Shown here one piece after another: positions 24,656 through 32,488 of a stretch of DNA of 64,000 nucleotides. Position numbers and translations under genes: made by a program. This DNA comes from Pseudomonadota bacterium (lineage in GTDB: Bacteria; Pseudomonadota; Alphaproteobacteria; Sphingomonadales; Sphingomonadaceae). The stretch's first letter is position 1. Every line of letters begins with the position of its first letter. The stretch is taken from NCBI GenBank assembly GCA_963205265.1, contig CAUJJI010000052.1, forward strand, positions 1,266 to 65,265, read 5' to 3'. Below the pieces are notes generated by a model. It was not told the origin of the DNA, searched no databases, and saw nothing but the letters and a program-made list of their open reading frames with translations.

Positions 24656-24920
24656 GAAGGATTGTCACAAGCCTCGAAACCCCATTCAAAGCCCGAAGCG
24701 ACCCCTCCAGCTCAGCTGGAAACCACTCCTGAGCAATCGGCGCCTCTGCATCTTCGCGAGACCGAGTCGAGACAAGCCGAAGGCAGTCCTCCGCTTCCTT
24801 CAAGAACAGGGTCGTTGCTTCGTCTGTTTCGCAGGTTCTGGCGATGAGCAGCGAGATGCACGTCTTCAAGGCCTCGATCTCGCCCGACTGGGTTGCAGAT
24901 TCTTTGACGTTTTCGTCCAT
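24627..24920 (-). CDS. reverse-strand orphan protein (97 aa, helical)
   Basis: Start taken at ATG 24920 (MDENVKESATQSGEIEALKTCISLLIARTCETDEATTLFLKEAEDCL). Lower GC than the surrounding sequence. Confidence 0.5.
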   Translation of the reverse strand: MDENVKESATQSGEIEALKTCISLLIARTCETDEATTLFLKEAEDCLRLVSTRSREDAEAPIAQEWFPAELEGSLRALNGVSRLVTILRESGDGTRA

Positions 24921-25102
24921 GGGTCGCTCCCGTCGTGGAAGTCTGGTTGGTGGAACACCCATTCAACCACGGCGGGCAGCGACCTACCCCACAGCAGAGA
25001 GGGCGGAGTAGGCGATGGCCGGCTCGTCCAAGCCCCTGGGCCCACCTGGCGCCGCAGAAAAGCTGGCCGCGTGGCTTCTTGATCGCCCCCCGTTTCTTTG
25101 GG

Positions 25103-25489
25103 TCATTCGCCTTCATCAGTGGTTGACGGACCGGATTCTGGAGCGGGTCTTTGGCCCTCAGATGGACTCGCCGAGGTACGTCGCACCAGAAAGTCGGTCC
25201 GGTCGCGAAAGCCGGCCAGATGGAGGTGGTTCGTCGTGATCTGCCCGGATACATCGAACAGGGATACGTGGTCGACCGGTGCCCCCGGTATCGCGAGGTC
25301 CCGGTACAGCAGGTCGATCGGCTTGGCCGACAAGCCGCAGATTGCCACCGAGTTCTCGTCGGTCAGGGCGGTCTCGAACTCGGCGAACTCGCGTCGGACG
25401 CAGGCCATAACCCGCTGCGCTCGTGCCGCCTTGTCGATGTTGCGTGCGCCCTTCGAAGCGAAGTGGATCAGCAAGAGATATCGAGTCAC
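25103..25489 (-). CDS. reverse-strand orphan protein (128 aa, GTG start)
   Basis: GAAGGGGG SD 5 nt before the GTG at 25489. High GC3 for ~100 codons (TRYLLLIHFASKGARNIDKAARAQRVMACVRREFAEFETALTDENSVAICGL). Divergent from tnpB. Confidence 0.55.
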   Translation of the reverse strand: MTRYLLLIHFASKGARNIDKAARAQRVMACVRREFAEFETALTDENSVAICGLSAKPIDLLYRDLAIPGAPVDHVSLFDVSGQITTNHLHLAGFRDRTDFLVRRTSASPSEGQRPAPESGPSTTDEGE

Positions 25490-25623
25490 GGTCGCCCCCT
25501 TCGGCGGTCAATCGGTGGTTGGCGCCTCGATTGTCCATCGTTGCGGGGCGACCTCCCCTCCGCAGGTGCCCGCATGAATCCGGACACCGACACCGCCTGC
25601 TGGCAGTCGATGCGAGGCGTCAG

Positions 25624-26667
25624 ATGCAACTGACGTACCGATTCCGGTTGAAAGACAAGCACGACGCCGAGCTGCGTAGGCAGGCCTGCGCGGTCAATTT
25701 CGTCTGGAACTTCTGCGGCGAAACGCAGAGGTCGGCGCTGCGGTGGCGCAAGCAGTGGCCGAGCGGGTATGACCTGAACAGACTCACGGCGGGATCGTCA
25801 AAGGAACTCAATCTGCATGCTCACACGATCCAGCAGGTGTGCCAGACCTTCGCCCGATCTCAGGATACCAAACGCAAGCCGATGCTGCGTTGGCGTGGCA
25901 AGAGGTCGCTCGGCTGGGTGCCGTTCAACAAGGGCCATGTCCGGTTCGACGGCGAAGCGCTCGTCTTCCGTGGCGTGCGGTACTTCGCATGGCTGCATCG
26001 CGATCTCACCAATGGCCAGACGTTCGGCGCCGGCTCGTTTTCGCAGGACGCGCGTGGTCGCTGGTACATCAATCTGCCGGTCGAGGTCGAATTTCTCGAC
26101 AATGCGCATGGCGACGCCATTGGAATCGATCTTGGCCTGAAGGACCTGGCGACGATCAGCACGGGCGAAAAGATCGAAGCGCCGCGCTGGTACCGCCGGC
26201 AGCAGGAACAACTGGCGGTAGCGCAGCGGGCGCACAAGAAGAAGCGCGTTAAGGCGATCCACGCCAGAATCGCGAACCAGCGCAGGGATCACCTGCACAA
26301 GCTTTCAACCCGCCTCGTGCGGTCGCACGGGGCGATCTTCGTCGGCAACGTGAATGCAGCCGGCCTGGTGAGAACGAAGATGGCGAAGTCCGTCCTCGAT
26401 GCCGGGTGGGCGACGTTCCGAAAGAACCTCGAGTACAAGGCCATCAGGCATCAGGTTCTGTTCGATGTTGTCAATGAAGCGTTCTCCACCCAGACGTGCT
26501 CGTGCTGCGGGGCCATCCCTGCCAGCAGTCCGAAAGGTAGGGCCGATCTCGGAATGAGGCGATGGCGGTGCTGCGAGTGCGGAGCGGAACACGACCGCGA
26601 CGTGAATGCAGCCCGGAACATTGCCGCTCGCGGACTGGCGAGCCTCGCAGGAGGAGCCCATGCCTGA
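25624..26667 (+). CDS. tnpB: TnpB (IS1341-type RNA-guided RuvC nuclease, 347 aa), no TnpA partner
   Basis: Start taken at ATG 25624 (MQLTYRFRLK). RuvC motifs AIGIDLGLKD and EHDRDVNAARNIAARG. Zinc finger CSCCG...CCECG. Confidence 0.9.
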   Translation: MQLTYRFRLKDKHDAELRRQACAVNFVWNFCGETQRSALRWRKQWPSGYDLNRLTAGSSKELNLHAHTIQQVCQTFARSQDTKRKPMLRWRGKRSLGWVPFNKGHVRFDGEALVFRGVRYFAWLHRDLTNGQTFGAGSFSQDARGRWYINLPVEVEFLDNAHGDAIGIDLGLKDLATISTGEKIEAPRWYRRQQEQLAVAQRAHKKKRVKAIHARIANQRRDHLHKLSTRLVRSHGAIFVGNVNAAGLVRTKMAKSVLDAGWATFRKNLEYKAIRHQVLFDVVNEAFSTQTCSCCGAIPASSPKGRADLGMRRWRCCECGAEHDRDVNAARNIAARGLASLAGGAHA

Positions 26668-26703
26668 GGACCGGATGCCCCGGCTTTCAGGCGGGGAGCA
26701 GTC
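26480..26703 (+). ncRNA. predicted omega/reRNA scaffold spanning the tnpB 3' end and the right end (boundaries approximate)
   Basis: By analogy with characterised TnpB elements. Local stems are CTCGC-GGACTG-GCGAG and a terminal hairpin CCCCGGCTTTCAGGCGGGG (26678-26696), followed by AGCAGTCA. The guide would be read from about 26704 onward. Confidence 0.35.
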
Positions 26704-26869
26704 ATGGCAGTCCATCACGACATTCGCCGCCCAGGCCGCCCCGGAGCGCCGGCAGACCGCTGTCGAGGCTGCAATGCGCATGTGGGACAGCATGCACCCC
26801 GGCGCCAGCGCCGACGAGTCGCTGGCGGCTTATGTGCGCATCGAGCGGCTGTTCGGGAGCGGGTCGTGA
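26660..26869 (+). CDS. hypothetical protein; 3' coding segment resuming after the tnpB right end (69 aa if started inside the element)
   Basis: Strong GC3 signal from ~26705 (SITTFAAQAAPERRQTAVEAAMRMWDSMHPGASADESLAAYVRIERLFGSGS). An in-frame GGAGGAG SD plus ATG at 26660 lies inside the tnpB 3' end. Confidence 0.5.
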   Translation: MPEDRMPRLSGGEQSWQSITTFAAQAAPERRQTAVEAAMRMWDSMHPGASADESLAAYVRIERLFGSGS

Positions 26870-27072
26870 CTGACCTCTTCGCGCCCGTCAAGGTCGAGGC
26901 CGCCTGCGCCGAATGCGCGAAGGGCGGCATCGTCTACCAGATGACCTGTGACTCATGCTGGGTGCGGTGGTTCAAGGCGTTGCCGAACCGCCGGCTGAAG
27001 ATCGCGGCGTGGCGCAGCCGGCCGGACTTGCATCAACGGTTACGCCAGGACGCCGGCCATGCCGCTCACTGA
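26866..27072 (+). CDS. small Cys-rich protein (68 aa, GTG start)
   Basis: GTGA overlap with the upstream stop. VTDLFAPVKVEAACAECAKGGIVYQMTCDSCWVRWFKAL. Confidence 0.5.
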   Translation: MTDLFAPVKVEAACAECAKGGIVYQMTCDSCWVRWFKALPNRRLKIAAWRSRPDLHQRLRQDAGHAAH

Positions 27073-27631
27073 AGGCGACATCGCGCGCATCGTCGGCCGC
27101 CAGGTGCTCGACCGCAAGTGCGTCGTGCTGGTCGACCGCTGCAACTGGACGGGCAGCGAATGCGACGTGCTGGCCGTCACGACAGACCTGCGCGTCATCG
27201 ACGTCGAGATCAAGACGAGTCGCGCCGACTTCAAGGCGGATCGCCGCAAGGACAAGTGGTGGCGCCGCTATGGCTGGCAGTACGGCACGCCGGAGCCGAA
27301 GCCGACGCCGCTGGAATGGCCGCGTCGCGTGTGGAAACACTACTTCGCGATGCCCGCCGACATCTGGTCGGATGACCTCGCTGAATTCCTGCCGTCGCCG
27401 GCCTGCGGTGTGCTGTTGATCGGTGACTCCGCGGGCGAAACGCATCGCGGACACGTCACCAATCCGCTCTACCGGGTCAGGTGCAAACGGCGCGCCAAGC
27501 CGTGCCGCGACGCCGACCGGCTGACACCCGCGCAGGTGATGGCAGTCGCCCGTCTGGCCAACCTGCGCATGTGGGATGCCTACGAGAGGCGGGATAGGGC
27601 GGTGCGGCCGGCGGCAGGGGTGGCGGCATAG
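27059..27631 (+). CDS. MmcB-like PD-(D/E)XK nuclease (190 aa)
   Basis: ECDVLAVTTDLRVIDVEIKTSRADFKADRRKDKWW...HYFAMPADIW matches the MmcB-family pattern. Confidence 0.7.
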   Translation: MPLTEGDIARIVGRQVLDRKCVVLVDRCNWTGSECDVLAVTTDLRVIDVEIKTSRADFKADRRKDKWWRRYGWQYGTPEPKPTPLEWPRRVWKHYFAMPADIWSDDLAEFLPSPACGVLLIGDSAGETHRGHVTNPLYRVRCKRRAKPCRDADRLTPAQVMAVARLANLRMWDAYERRDRAVRPAAGVAA

Positions 27632-27726
27632 TGTTCACGCACACGGATAGGGTAGCTCCCGAAGAGGCGGTCTTCCCGGCCCGCTCTGCCGTCGTGCCCC
27701 TCTTGCCGGGGTCGTCGGGACGACAG

Positions 27727-28272
27727 ATGAGCAAGGACTTTTTCGCGCAGTACATGGACCCGCGCTGGCAGAAGCTGGCCGCTCGGATGAAGGAGGCCGC
27801 AGGCTGGGAGTGCACCAACTGCGGCTCTGGCGAGCAGACGCTTCACGTCCACCACAAACAGTACTTCAGGGATCGCAAGGTCTGGGAGTATGACGAGGCC
27901 GAGTTGATGGTCCTCTGCAAGGACTGCCATGTCACTGCAGACAAGCACCGCGAGCTGGTGAAGCGGATGCTATCGCTCGAATCCACGTTCGGTATCCCAG
28001 CGGTTCTGGCCGGCTTCCTCGACTTCGACGAGAACATCCGAGCGGTCGCCCCGGAGGTGTTGGACGAGGCCCGGTTCGTGGCGCCGCTTGAGTATGCGGC
28101 AGGCTTCATCGCCAGCATCGCGGCTAGAGGGCTATCGATCGACCAGATGTACCAGGTGGCGTACTTCGCCGCCAGTCTCACCAGAAAGACTTCCGAGGAG
28201 CGCATGCGCCTCGCGACGTCTGGCGCTCTTTTCGGTCGCGATGGCGAGGACTGGAGCATCGTCGATGCCTAA
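27727..28272 (+). CDS. HNH-motif protein (181 aa)
   Basis: Start taken at ATG 27727. CTNCGSGEQTLHVHHKQY...LMVLCKDCHVTADKH. Confidence 0.65.
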   Translation: MSKDFFAQYMDPRWQKLAARMKEAAGWECTNCGSGEQTLHVHHKQYFRDRKVWEYDEAELMVLCKDCHVTADKHRELVKRMLSLESTFGIPAVLAGFLDFDENIRAVAPEVLDEARFVAPLEYAAGFIASIAARGLSIDQMYQVAYFAASLTRKTSEERMRLATSGALFGRDGEDWSIVDA

Positions 28273-29437
28273 CCGGATCGTTCGCGAAGGCATCTTGACC
28301 AGCGCCCGCATGGCGACGCTGGACTGGGCGTCGGAGGTTTTCTTCCGGCGTCTGATGTCGGTCGTGGACGACTTCGGCCGCTACTACGCGGATCCGGGCT
28401 TGCTCAGGGCGGCCTGCTACCCGAGGCAGTTGAACAAGGTATCCGACTCGGACATTGGGAAGTGGATGCGATGCGTCGCTGAAGCGGCCCTTGTAAGGGT
28501 GTACCCGGCAGAGGACGGGGAGCGGTACCTGGAGATTGTCAACTTCGGGCAGCAGGTGCGAACGAACAAGTCAAAATTCCCCGGGCCGAAAGGCGAGCCG
28601 AACGGGCGACCCCTGCCAAATGAAAGTGATGTAGAAAGCGTACTTGAAGAGCACATCCGAAGTACCGGCGAGTTTTTCGGTCTGGTGGTCACTGGCGTGC
28701 GCAGACAGGTTAGGGTTGGTGACAGCTATATAGATCTACTGCTTGATACATCGGCAGGTCCGTGCGTGATCGAGCTGAAGCGCGGGAATGTGACCGACAA
28801 GCACCTGGCACAGATCGTTCGATACCTCGCATTGGTTCCCGAGTCCTTCGGAGTCCTTATCGGAGCAGCGATCGGGCCACGAATGAACAAGGGCGAGGCG
28901 GCCGATTCCGGGGTTGCCATCTGCACATACACGGATGACATGGTGTTCTCCGTGAATGTCACAAGCGATCACATCATATCCTCCGTATTCTCGGTAAATC
29001 ACGGTAAGTCACGTGCGCACCTAGACGTATCCGTATTCGGAGACGTATCCGTATCCGTATCCGATGCACTCCCTTCGGTCGTGCCGCGCGCCCGAGGGCG
29101 CCCGAGCAAGCGATGCCCCGAGGACTTCGAGGTCACTGCCGAGCTACGGGCCTGGGCGGCGGAGAAGGCGCCCGGCGTTGACGTCGACCGCGAGACCGAG
29201 GCATTCCGGGACTGGGAGTTTCGCGATGCCAAGTCGGACTGGCCGGCGACATGGCGACGGTGGATGCGCAAGGCGGCGGAAGACCTGCAAACCCGAGGCG
29301 GGCGGACAAACTCTCGTCCGTTGGATGCCAAGGAGGCTGGCCGCGCCGCCGCGGCCGCATCGATCTACGGAACCGGACAACCCCTGGACCTGAGCCATGG
29401 AACACGTGAGCAAGAGCCTTTCACTATCGACGTTTAG
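28265..29437 (+). CDS. replication initiator (O-like) with an inserted NucS/DUF91-type PD-(D/E)XK domain and a DnaT-like C-terminus (390 aa)
   Basis: Start taken at ATG 28265 (MPNRIVREGILTSARMATLDW...). The middle segment SYIDLLLDTSAGPCVIELKRGNVTDKHLAQIVRYLALV...GVLIGAAI is lower in GC. C-terminus PEDFEVTAELRAWAAEKAPGVDVDRETEAFRDWEFRDAKSDWPATWRRWMRKA. Iterons lie inside the gene. Confidence 0.7.
   Translation: MPNRIVREGILTSARMATLDWASEVFFRRLMSVVDDFGRYYADPGLLRAACYPRQLNKVSDSDIGKWMRCVAEAALVRVYPAEDGERYLEIVNFGQQVRTNKSKFPGPKGEPNGRPLPNESDVESVLEEHIRSTGEFFGLVVTGVRRQVRVGDSYIDLLLDTSAGPCVIELKRGNVTDKHLAQIVRYLALVPESFGVLIGAAIGPRMNKGEAADSGVAICTYTDDMVFSVNVTSDHIISSVFSVNHGKSRAHLDVSVFGDVSVSVSDALPSVVPRARGRPSKRCPEDFEVTAELRAWAAEKAPGVDVDRETEAFRDWEFRDAKSDWPATWRRWMRKAAEDLQTRGGRTNSRPLDAKEAGRAAAAASIYGTGQPLDLSHGTREQEPFTIDV
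28982..29064. repeat. iteron-like short direct repeats (candidate origin of replication)
   Basis: TCCGTATTC (28982-28990); CGGTAAATCACGGTAAGTCACG (28992-29013); GACGTATCCGTAT twice (29024-29036 and 29042-29054), followed by CCGTATCCGA. They lie in a locally lower-GC patch inside the O-like gene, as in lambda ori. Confidence 0.55.
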
Positions 29438-29942
29438 CCAGGCCGAAGTCCCGGAGAGAATCCGCGTGCTGTTCGTGATCCTGCACGGCCGCTACGGCAA
29501 TCAGTTGCTCGACAAGTACCGGTTCTTGCAGAACGGCGTCGACAAGGGCATGGAGATCGCGCAGCGCACCTGGGCAATGGACCTCGCGGCGTTCGACGAC
29601 GACACGATCCTGAAGGCCATCGCGGCCGCCAAGGCCGAGCATCCGGTGTGGCCGCCGACCAGCGGCGAGTTCGCGACGCTCTGCAAGCGGCTGCGCCGTC
29701 CGTCCAGGCCCGCCGAGGCGGCGCCGCAACTGGGCGTGTCTCGGGAGTTGCGATCGAAGTACGTCCGCGGCCTCCGAGAGGACATCGCCCGCACGCTGGC
29801 CAGCCGCGCCGGCATGAAATCGAACGCCAGCGGACTCGCGGGCCTGCTGTCGAACATCGCCGCCGCCGTGGGTCTGGCCGGTGGCGACGAGGCGAAGACT
29901 CTGCTGGCGCTCGAAGACCAGTACCTGCGGAGCCGAGCATGA
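29397..29942 (+). CDS. lambda P-like replication protein (helicase loader) (181 aa)
   Basis: IAQRTWAMDLAAFDDDTILKAIAAAKAEHPVWPPTSGEFATLCK aligns by eye with lambda P IRRQWVLAFRENGITTMEQVNAGMRVARRQNRPFLPSPGQFVAWCR. Confidence 0.65.
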   Translation: MEHVSKSLSLSTFSQAEVPERIRVLFVILHGRYGNQLLDKYRFLQNGVDKGMEIAQRTWAMDLAAFDDDTILKAIAAAKAEHPVWPPTSGEFATLCKRLRRPSRPAEAAPQLGVSRELRSKYVRGLREDIARTLASRAGMKSNASGLAGLLSNIAAAVGLAGGDEAKTLLALEDQYLRSRA

Positions 29943-30220
29943 GCGCCATCAAGCCGGGAATGTTGTGCCGCATCGTCTGCAATCACCAGCCGCGGCATCG
30001 AGATCGCGTAGTCACTGCGGTGCAGCGCGTGGAACTGGACGGACCGCGGTCGGGGTGGCTCGTGAATGCTGACTGGCTGACAGGCATGCTGGAGGCATAC
30101 CGGCGGATGGATGATTCGTGCCTCCAGCCGATCAGCGACCCCGACGTTGACCTGATCGTCGAGACCGACGCCCTGCACGACAACCTGCTGGACGCACTGA
30201 CGATGACGAGGGCGGGATGA
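29939..30220 (+). CDS. hypothetical protein (93 aa)
   Basis: ATGA overlap with the upstream stop. MSAIKPGMLCRIVCNHQPRHRDRVVTAVQRVELDG. Confidence 0.55.
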   Translation: MSAIKPGMLCRIVCNHQPRHRDRVVTAVQRVELDGPRSGWLVNADWLTGMLEAYRRMDDSCLQPISDPDVDLIVETDALHDNLLDALTMTRAG

Positions 30221-30369
30221 AGCACCGGCGCGGCTACATCAACCTCAACTTCGGCGCCATGTTCGCCGGGTTCGTCATCGCCGGGATTGCGATCGGCATC
30301 CTGATTGCATGGCTCGCGCCGATCGTCTGGTCGTGGGTGCGACCGCTGATTCACGGGTGGACGGCATGA
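30217..30369 (+). CDS. small membrane protein (50 aa)
   Basis: MKHRRGYINLNFGAMFAGFVIAGIAIGILIAWLAPIVWSWVRPLIHGWTA. ATGA overlaps on both sides. Confidence 0.45.
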   Translation: MKHRRGYINLNFGAMFAGFVIAGIAIGILIAWLAPIVWSWVRPLIHGWTA

Positions 30370-30545
30370 AGCAGGACCGCTGGTACGTCGAGATCCGCGA
30401 CACCCGCCGCGCCGAGAACCCGTGGCGGCAGATCGGGGAGTGCGCAAGCCGAGCCGATGCCCGACAGGTCCGGAGCCAGATGACGATTCACGGGCTGATG
30501 GAGGCGCGGATTCTGCAGTACGAACTCAAGGGGGTGGTGCGATGA
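30366..30545 (+). CDS. small hypothetical protein (59 aa)
   Basis: MKQDRWYVEIRDTRRAENPWRQIGECASRADARQVRSQM. ATGA coupling. Confidence 0.45.
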   Translation: MKQDRWYVEIRDTRRAENPWRQIGECASRADARQVRSQMTIHGLMEARILQYELKGVVR

Positions 30546-30706
30546 AGCGGGAATGCGTGTGGCTGTTGGAGTTCAGAACCGGAGCGTCATGGGGCTGGAT
30601 CTCGGCGTTTCGATCTCGTAGGCGTGCGCGCGATGGCGTAAAAGATTGGATGTTGCCCGATGAGTCTCGTCGGCAGTACCGCATCCGGAAGTACGTCCCG
30701 GCATGA
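30542..30706 (+). CDS. small hypothetical protein (54 aa)
   Basis: MKRECVWLLEFRTGASWGWISAFRSRRRARDGVKDWMLPDE. ATGA coupling. Confidence 0.45.
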   Translation: MKRECVWLLEFRTGASWGWISAFRSRRRARDGVKDWMLPDESRRQYRIRKYVPA

Positions 30707-30909
30707 ACCTGCCGACCGACAACGAGAAGTTCGCCGCCGCCCAGGCGCACGCGCGACGCGAAGGCCTGGAGGTCGAGTTCCTGCGCTGCGCGATTGACGC
30801 GCTGGAAGCCGGCGACTCGGCTGAGTCAGCGGCGGTTCGCGGACTCTACGAATGGGACCTCCTGCCGTTCGATGGCAAGCGGTTCGTCCTACCGGAGGCA
30901 GGCAAGTGA
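30703..30909 (+). CDS. small hypothetical protein (68 aa)
   Basis: ORF track. Confidence 0.5.
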   Translation: MNLPTDNEKFAAAQAHARREGLEVEFLRCAIDALEAGDSAESAAVRGLYEWDLLPFDGKRFVLPEAGK

Positions 30910-31166
30910 CGGAAACGTACAAGGCTTGGCGCATCTCGCCGAGCGGGAAGGCCGAAGAAGTGGAGATTGAGATTGGACAGGCCCGCGGCCTGGGCGGGTG
31001 GGTCTGCTCGACAAAAGGGAAGTGGTTCGACCCGAAGAAGCTCCACGCCAACCGCCAGGAAGCCGTCGCCGCCGGCATCCAGATCGTGGACGCCGAGATC
31101 GCGCGGAACGCCCGGCAGCACGAGCGACTGCTGAGAAAGCGGGACACGTTGCTGAAGGCGCGGTAG
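30906..31166 (+). CDS. small hypothetical protein (86 aa, GTG start)
   Basis: GTGA overlap. VTETYKAWRISPSGKAEEVEIEIGQARGLGGWVCSTKGKWFDP. Confidence 0.5.
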   Translation: MTETYKAWRISPSGKAEEVEIEIGQARGLGGWVCSTKGKWFDPKKLHANRQEAVAAGIQIVDAEIARNARQHERLLRKRDTLLKAR

Positions 31167-31217
31167 GAAATTCAACGGCACGCCGGCGCCGCCGAGCCGG
31201 AAAGCGAGACCCAAGTC

Positions 31218-31358
31218 ATGACCAAGCAGCAGATCATCGAAGCAATTCAGGACTATTTCGGGGAAACCACCAGGCCCGCGAGCCAGACTCTGGATGATTT
31301 GGAGGAGATCCGCGACGAGTGCCAGCTCTACATCGACAGCCTGTCGACAGAGGACTGA
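31218..31358 (+). CDS. small hypothetical protein (46 aa)
   Basis: MTKQQIIEAIQDYFGETTRPASQTLDDLEEIRDECQLYIDSLSTED. Confidence 0.35.
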   Translation: MTKQQIIEAIQDYFGETTRPASQTLDDLEEIRDECQLYIDSLSTED

Positions 31359-31360
31359 CC

Positions 31361-31567
31361 ATGTTCCAGCGCATCGGAACCTGCTCGATCTGCGGCGGCG
31401 ATGTTCATGGCCACTACGGCGCATGGCACGGCGTACTGCCGCCGCCACCGCCGACATGCTCCCAGTGCGGCGCCGTGCCGAAAGGCACGAGCGATGTGAT
31501 CGAGATGGAGCCGCGAAGGGGCGTGCTGCCATACACCGGCACGGCGAGCGGCTGGAGGCTCTGGTGA
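31361..31567 (+). CDS. small zinc-ribbon-like protein (68 aa)
   Basis: MFQRIGTCSICGGDVHGHYGAWHGVLPPPPPTCSQCGAVPKG. Confidence 0.5.
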   Translation: MFQRIGTCSICGGDVHGHYGAWHGVLPPPPPTCSQCGAVPKGTSDVIEMEPRRGVLPYTGTASGWRLW

Positions 31568-31821
31568 TGTGGATCTGTCACGACTGTGCCACCGCCCGCG
31601 GATCGAGGCTGCGGGGCGTCGCGACGTTCCACGAGGACATCTGCGACTGGTGCGGCTCAGTTGCCATCGTCACAGAGCCCCGGGACTACACCCCTCGGCC
31701 GGCGCATCCGGAGCAGGTGCAGGCCATGCCGGCCCTCGCCGACAGCGGTCAAGATCTGGACGCCATCGGCCGAGCATGGGCAGCGGAGCGGCGCAGGACG
31801 GGGCGGAAATGGTCAGTCTGA
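31567..31821 (+). CDS. small Cys-rich protein (84 aa)
   Basis: MWICHDCATARGSRLRGVATFHEDICDWCGS. TGATG overlap upstream. Confidence 0.5.
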   Translation: MWICHDCATARGSRLRGVATFHEDICDWCGSVAIVTEPRDYTPRPAHPEQVQAMPALADSGQDLDAIGRAWAAERRRTGRKWSV

Positions 31822-32231
31822 GCTTGCCCTATCCGATCAGCGCGAATCGCTACTGGAGGACGTCCACTCGTGGAGGTGTCGTCCGAACACATGTCTCCGT
31901 CGAGGCTCAAGCATTCCGAGAGGCCTGCGCGTGGACCGCTAGGGCGGCTGGCGTCCGAGAGCCGTTAGACGGCTGGCTGGCGTTGGAGATCACCGTGCAT
32001 CCCGTAGAGCCGAAGAGCGCCCCGGCACGGCTGAGACGAGAAGGACCGGACTGGCATCTTGCGCTGCGCTGCATCGACATCGGGAACGCAGAGAAGGTTA
32101 CCGCGGACGCTCTGCAGGGGGTCTGCTATCGCAATGACGCTCAGATCATCGACATCCGCGTCAGGAGAGGCCTGCCGGTGAACGGCGGCGGCATGACCGT
32201 GGTGATCAAACGTCCGGGGAGCGCCGGGTGA
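31809..32231 (+). CDS. rusA: RusA-family Holliday junction resolvase (140 aa)
   Basis: MVSLSLPYPISANRYWR...DIGNAEKVTADALQGVCYRNDAQIIDIRV aligns with E. coli RusA (LPWPPSNNRYYR...DLDNLQKAAFDAL...DDAQV). Confidence 0.85.
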   Translation: MVSLSLPYPISANRYWRTSTRGGVVRTHVSVEAQAFREACAWTARAAGVREPLDGWLALEITVHPVEPKSAPARLRREGPDWHLALRCIDIGNAEKVTADALQGVCYRNDAQIIDIRVRRGLPVNGGGMTVVIKRPGSAG

Positions 32232-32437
32232 GCAAGCCGAAGATCCTGCGCATGAATGGCCAGTGGGTCTGTGCGACGGGCATGGAGCGCCTTCCTACGA
32301 TGATCATCTGCGACTCGCCTTCCGGCGCTGGAGAAACGCCGTTCGAGGCCTATCAGGACTGGCGCCGCCAGAACCGCCCTCTCTGGATCGAAAGACTGTG
32401 GGATTGGGCGACACGAGGGATGACGGTGTACCAATGA
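32228..32437 (+). CDS. small hypothetical protein (69 aa, GTG start)
   Basis: ORF track; GTGA overlap with rusA. Confidence 0.5.
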   Translation: MSKPKILRMNGQWVCATGMERLPTMIICDSPSGAGETPFEAYQDWRRQNRPLWIERLWDWATRGMTVYQ

Positions 32438-32488
32438 CCGAGATCCCGGCCTAGTGAAGATCAATCGAACCGAGAAGGAAGCGAATAC

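Noticed and set aside
25103-25489. The 128-aa ORF divergent from tnpB as a Y1 (HUH) TnpA transposase
   Set aside because: The position is right for IS605 and an HLHL tetrapeptide is present. However, the motif spacing is wrong, there is no YHxVW-type N-terminal strand motif, and no catalytic Tyr follows the HUH-like site.
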